This document shows positions 60,501 to 64,000 of a stretch of DNA of 64,000 nucleotides, in pieces; position 1 is the first letter of the stretch, and each line of letters begins with the position of its first letter. A program made the translations under genes and the position numbers. The stretch comes from Priapulus caudatus (taxonomy: Eukaryota), in NCBI RefSeq assembly GCF_000485595.1, contig NW_014577074.1:269971-333970 (forward strand), in the 5' to 3' direction. The notes under the pieces are model-generated. The model saw only the letters and a program-made list of their open reading frames with translations. It was not told the origin of the DNA and made no database searches.

Positions 60501-63500
60501 AGTTCAGACAACTGTTCTAGCTGTCTTTGTCAAGCTGAACGACTTAATGGAATCGGCAGTAAAGAAATGACCGTCACCTTGTCATTCTTCTTCTTCAAGA
60601 TTTCGTCTTTCCTCTCCTTGGTGAGATTCCACATTGACATGCCGACGAGGTAATCGTAGTCCGGACCGTCGCGAGGGCCAGCATCCTCATCCTCCGTGTC
60701 GCCGTCGCCAGCATCCGCAACCTGTCGCCATGACAACAGTTATAATTAAACGCGCGCGACGACAGAAGACACTCCACGTTGTTTCAACGGTGGCACAAAA
60801 CACAACACGCGACACACATACAGAACATGTCACAAGTAATATGCAATACAACGCGGAAAAACTGAATCCCCCTGTTTGTATAGTTTTAGAATTTATGAAT
60901 ATATATATAGGAAGCCTCGATAGGAATCCTTGGTACAGAGTTATGAAACGTCGATGCACACAGTGGTTCTGACTCGAGGCCGGTCGCCCACTTACACGAT
61001 TTATGCGATCACAGGTTGCGATTGTCAATGCTACATAATAAACGGCGAGATAAAGCTAGCGCACACACAAACCACACAAAAAACAGCACTACATGCTGAG
61101 CTCGGATGCCTTTTTTTCATGCATGAGAAATGAGTGTGAGTGTGAATTCTGAGAGGAAACATCCATACGTTGCCAGGACTTCACATAATGGGATATTCAT
61201 GAAAGCTGAAATCTTATCTGAAGTTTTGATTTAACTCCACGTTAGAATATCAGGATATTATACTTATGGACTAAAACTCACGCCACAAAAAGCGACCACA
61301 CCTTGGCATTACGATTTCATTATAGATCTGCGTGAAAATAACATGAGTAGCAAAATCTCGACAAAAAGCTCTGCAAATAAAACAAAATTTCACAGCTATG
61401 ACAGAATTTGTATCGAATCTGTCAAGTTATTGGTACATGCAAAGCACATCGACTGGTAACCGAGCAACAAGGCATTGAGACTGAGGCTTCCCGTGCGCGT
61501 ATTAATCCGCGCATGCATAGCATCGATTATTACACTGTGCACCATGCCATGTCGACAAGACAGTCCTACATACCTGCGCCTTTCTCTCTGTTTCCTACAC
61601 AATAATACAACAATTTACTACAATAGGCAATTTAACTCAAATCGCATAAAGATATCAATAATATAAGAGTAATTTTTTAATGCTGTATCAAATGCCGGTG
61701 AGTGTAATGCAAAGTATTCCACATTCAAAAACATGTGAAATGATGGTGAACAGATGCTGGCATTGTTCTGTATTAATAACACCTTCATTAATCATAAACC
61801 AACCCACACTTAGTCATTTTTTCTAGTTTTCCAGGACTTCAATGGTCCATTTTCTATTACTGTAATATTTTAGTCGAAAGTCACTGTGTCCTGTATCGTC
61901 CAATCAGCACTTTTACATAAAGCAAATGGTATTCCCTTTCAGATAAGATTTTCCCAGACCACTGCCTATTTTCAAGGACTTTCCAGCCGTGCAAAAAGTG
62001 GCATTTCAAAACCCTGAGACTTTCCAGGATCACAACCTATTCACCAGGACCTTCCAGACCTGGAAAATGTCACATTAAAATCACAGGACAGTCCAGGTTT
62101 TCCATGAACCCGCCACGAGGTTGCCCCCCCCCCCCCGTAAACGAGAGTGCATCAGGCTTCCTACCTCTTTCTGCTGCTGCGACTGCTTCCAGAGTTTGAC
62201 AGGGTCGGAGTCGTAGCCGCGATCCACCAGCATCTTGATGATGTCCACCTTCTTCTTGTTCTCTGCGGAGGAGAAAAGCGAAGACATGGCGTGGAACACT
62301 CACTTATGAAACACTCGAATATCATCACGCATCACTTAACATGTTTTGAAAGCTCATTAGCTCTCAACACCATTAATTAGAATGTATTGACTCGACCCGT
62401 AACGTCTTCCATTCGGTAATATTTACTTGACCTAATCAATAAATAACATGAGGTGTACTGAGCTATGCACAAAACAACACGCAATACTATATCGGAGCGA
62501 GATAACATACTAAGGCCTGGCGAGTTGGTCCAATTACCATGTGTTTTTCACGTGTTAATGCCAGATTAATAGACTTTGCTGCACTTTGTTGACAAGAATT
62601 GTGTTTTAGAAAGTCCTATCAGAACAATGATTGGCTAAAGATGTCTGTTATTTACGACAAATAAGTACAAGGGAAATATAACACCGAAAAAGTTAAATGA
62701 CTTAACATTGACATTAGGACAAAAACATTTTCTGACAACGGGTATAAAGACGCCACCACTCGTATAACAACGCCTCCACTCGTGTAATGACGCCGCCACT
62801 CGTGTAACCACGCCGCCACTCGTGCAACGACGCCGTGACTCGTGTCACGATGCCACCACTCGTGTAACGTCGCCACCACTCGTGTAACGACGCCACCACT
62901 CGTGTAACGACGCCGCCACTCGTGTAACGACGCCGCCACTCGTGCAACGACGCCGCCACTCGTGTAACGATGCCGCCACTCGTGTAATGACGCCGCCACT
63001 CGTGTAACCACGCCGCCACTCGTGTAACGACGCCGCCACTCGTGTAACGACGCCGCCACTCGTGTAACCACGCCGCCACTCGTGTAACGACGCCGCCACT
63101 CGTGTAACGACGCCACCACTCGTGTAACGATGCCTCCACTCGTGTAACGACACCGCCACTCGTGTAACGACGCCGCCACTCGTGCAACGACGCCGCCACT
63201 CGTGCAACGACGCCGCCACTCGTGTAACGACGCCGCCACTCGTGTAACGACGCCGCCACANNNNNNNNNNNNNNNNNNNNNNNNNNNNNNNNNNNNNNNN
63301 NNNNNNNNNNNNNNNNNNNNNNNNNNNNNNNNNNNNNNNNNNNNNNNNNNNNNNNNNNNNNNNNNNNNNNNNNNNNNNNNNNNNNNNNNNNNNNNNNNNN
63401 NNNNNNNNNNNNNNNNNNNNNNNNNNNNNNNNNNNNNNNNNNNNNNNNNNNNNNNNNNNNNNNNNNNNNNNNNNNNNNNNNNNNNNNNNNNNNNNNNCCT

Positions 63501-63937
63501 ACAATAAACACACGCGTAACACAAAGCACTCACAGTATCTGTGCGGGCGTCTTGTCATACCAACGCCTACAATAAACACACGCGTAACACAAAGCACTCA
63601 CAGTATCTGTGCGGGCGTCTTGTCATACCAACGCCTACAATAAACACACGCGTAACACAAAGCACTCACAGTATCTGTGCGGGCGTCTTGTCATACCAAC
63701 GCCTACAATAAACACACGCGTAACACAAAGCACTCACAGTATCTGTGCGGGCGTCTTGTCGGTGCCTAGGATCATCGGTTCGAGCACGCTCTCCTTGTAC
63801 GCCTGCGTCCACGTGCGCACAGGTAGCTCACTAATCTCCACCGTCGTGTCGTCGATCACCGACACCTCGCCCGTCACGACGACCCGGTCCTCCGACAGCG
63901 ACTGAATATCGCCCTTAAAGTTCTTGAAGAACGGCAG
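51520..63937 (-). CDS. TOP2: DNA topoisomerase II (type IIA), 3' part; gene continues beyond the window
   Basis: Exons 63738-63937 (LPFFKNFKG...TTVEISELPVRTWTQAYKESVLEPM), [exon(s) missing, probably in the N gap], 62165-62262 (ENKKKVDIIKMLVDRGYDSDPVKLWK), 60578-60721 (DYDYLVGMSMWNLTKERKDEIL), 59422-59505 (DLWVEDLDAFLEELD), 58826-58906, 58286-58408 (PSPMGRRVVP), 57265-57406, 56719-56826, 56067-56268, 55107-55222, 54778-54876, 54353-54391, 53350-53403, 53079-53162, 52597-52781, 51520-51675 (RPGRSRQPVKYKFDDDDGDSDF*). Confidence 0.95.
51990..52340 (-). mobile_element. Second HINE-like element in the last Top2 intron
   Basis: Minus-strand 5' end TTTTTAGCTCATCTGACATAGTCAGATG, like the end at 46187; small hairpin GTCTTAT-AC-ATAAGAC near 51997. 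Confidence 0.5.
53625..54177. mobile_element. Non-autonomous DNA transposon, TAGGG...CCCTA ends, 6-bp TSD
   Basis: 19-bp perfect TIR TAGGGACAGTGATTTTCCG; CAACAG on both flanks; ACGGAA subterminal repeats; internal ~60-bp direct duplication (53820/53940). Confidence 0.8.
59744..59895. repeat. Long palindrome (~42-bp perfect arms) in a Top2 intron, probably part of a repeat extending to ~60210
   Basis: AATAGGTTCTATCACAGTATGAGCTTGAGATGGGATATCTCACCC and its reverse complement. Confidence 0.8.
62750..63260. repeat. 20-bp minisatellite CGTGTAACGACGCCGCCACT, ~25 units, running into the N gap
   Basis: Direct; period 20. Confidence 0.95.
63498..63760. repeat. 68-bp tandem repeat spanning a Top2 exon/intron junction
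   Basis: Units start at 63498, 63566, 63634 and 63702; identical copies. Confidence 0.95.
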
Positions 63938-64000
63938 CTGTCGCGCAAACGGAAAATCGGGAAATTTTACGTATATACACATGCAGATGGCAATTATTAC

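Noticed and set aside
62652..63533. ORFs of 271-293 aa with a TSGGVVTRVAASLHEWRRRY repeat
   Set aside because: They are translations of a 20-bp intronic minisatellite plus an N gap; the unit is not a multiple of 3.

Overview
Eukaryotic window from an invertebrate-type animal: spliced genes, AT-rich introns, many microsatellites and MITEs, and two N gaps. I reconstructed four protein-coding genes by hand. (1) A class I Rab11 family-interacting protein (C2 + FIP-RBD; minus strand; 10 coding exons 26648->3105; 432 aa). (2) The 3' part of a pentraxin-domain gene (plus strand, from 8715) whose terminal exon runs into a ~2.4 kb array of 45-bp/15-aa EEPEHYYGYGETTTT repeats. (3) ICA69/ICA1 (plus strand; 12 coding exons 36631->47470; 544 aa). 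(4) The 3' part of DNA topoisomerase II (minus strand; 63937->51520). A tRNA-Arg(ACG) gene lies antisense inside a Rab11-FIP intron. The first 19 kb has direct and inverted duplications with indel-rich noise (1-1730 inverted vs ~9900-11790; 1733-7830 vs ~11750-19030), most likely a long-read assembly artefact. Introns and intergenic DNA carry decayed LINE fragments, Helentron-like non-autonomous elements and several MITE families with readable TIRs and TSDs. These include 36-82 bp CAGGAGT...ACTCCTG elements with 7-8 bp TSDs and a 9-bp-TSD MITE carrying telomeric TTAGGG repeats. The best novelty candidate is the pentraxin + His/Tyr/Thr-repeat protein. All calls are by eye; no database searches were run.
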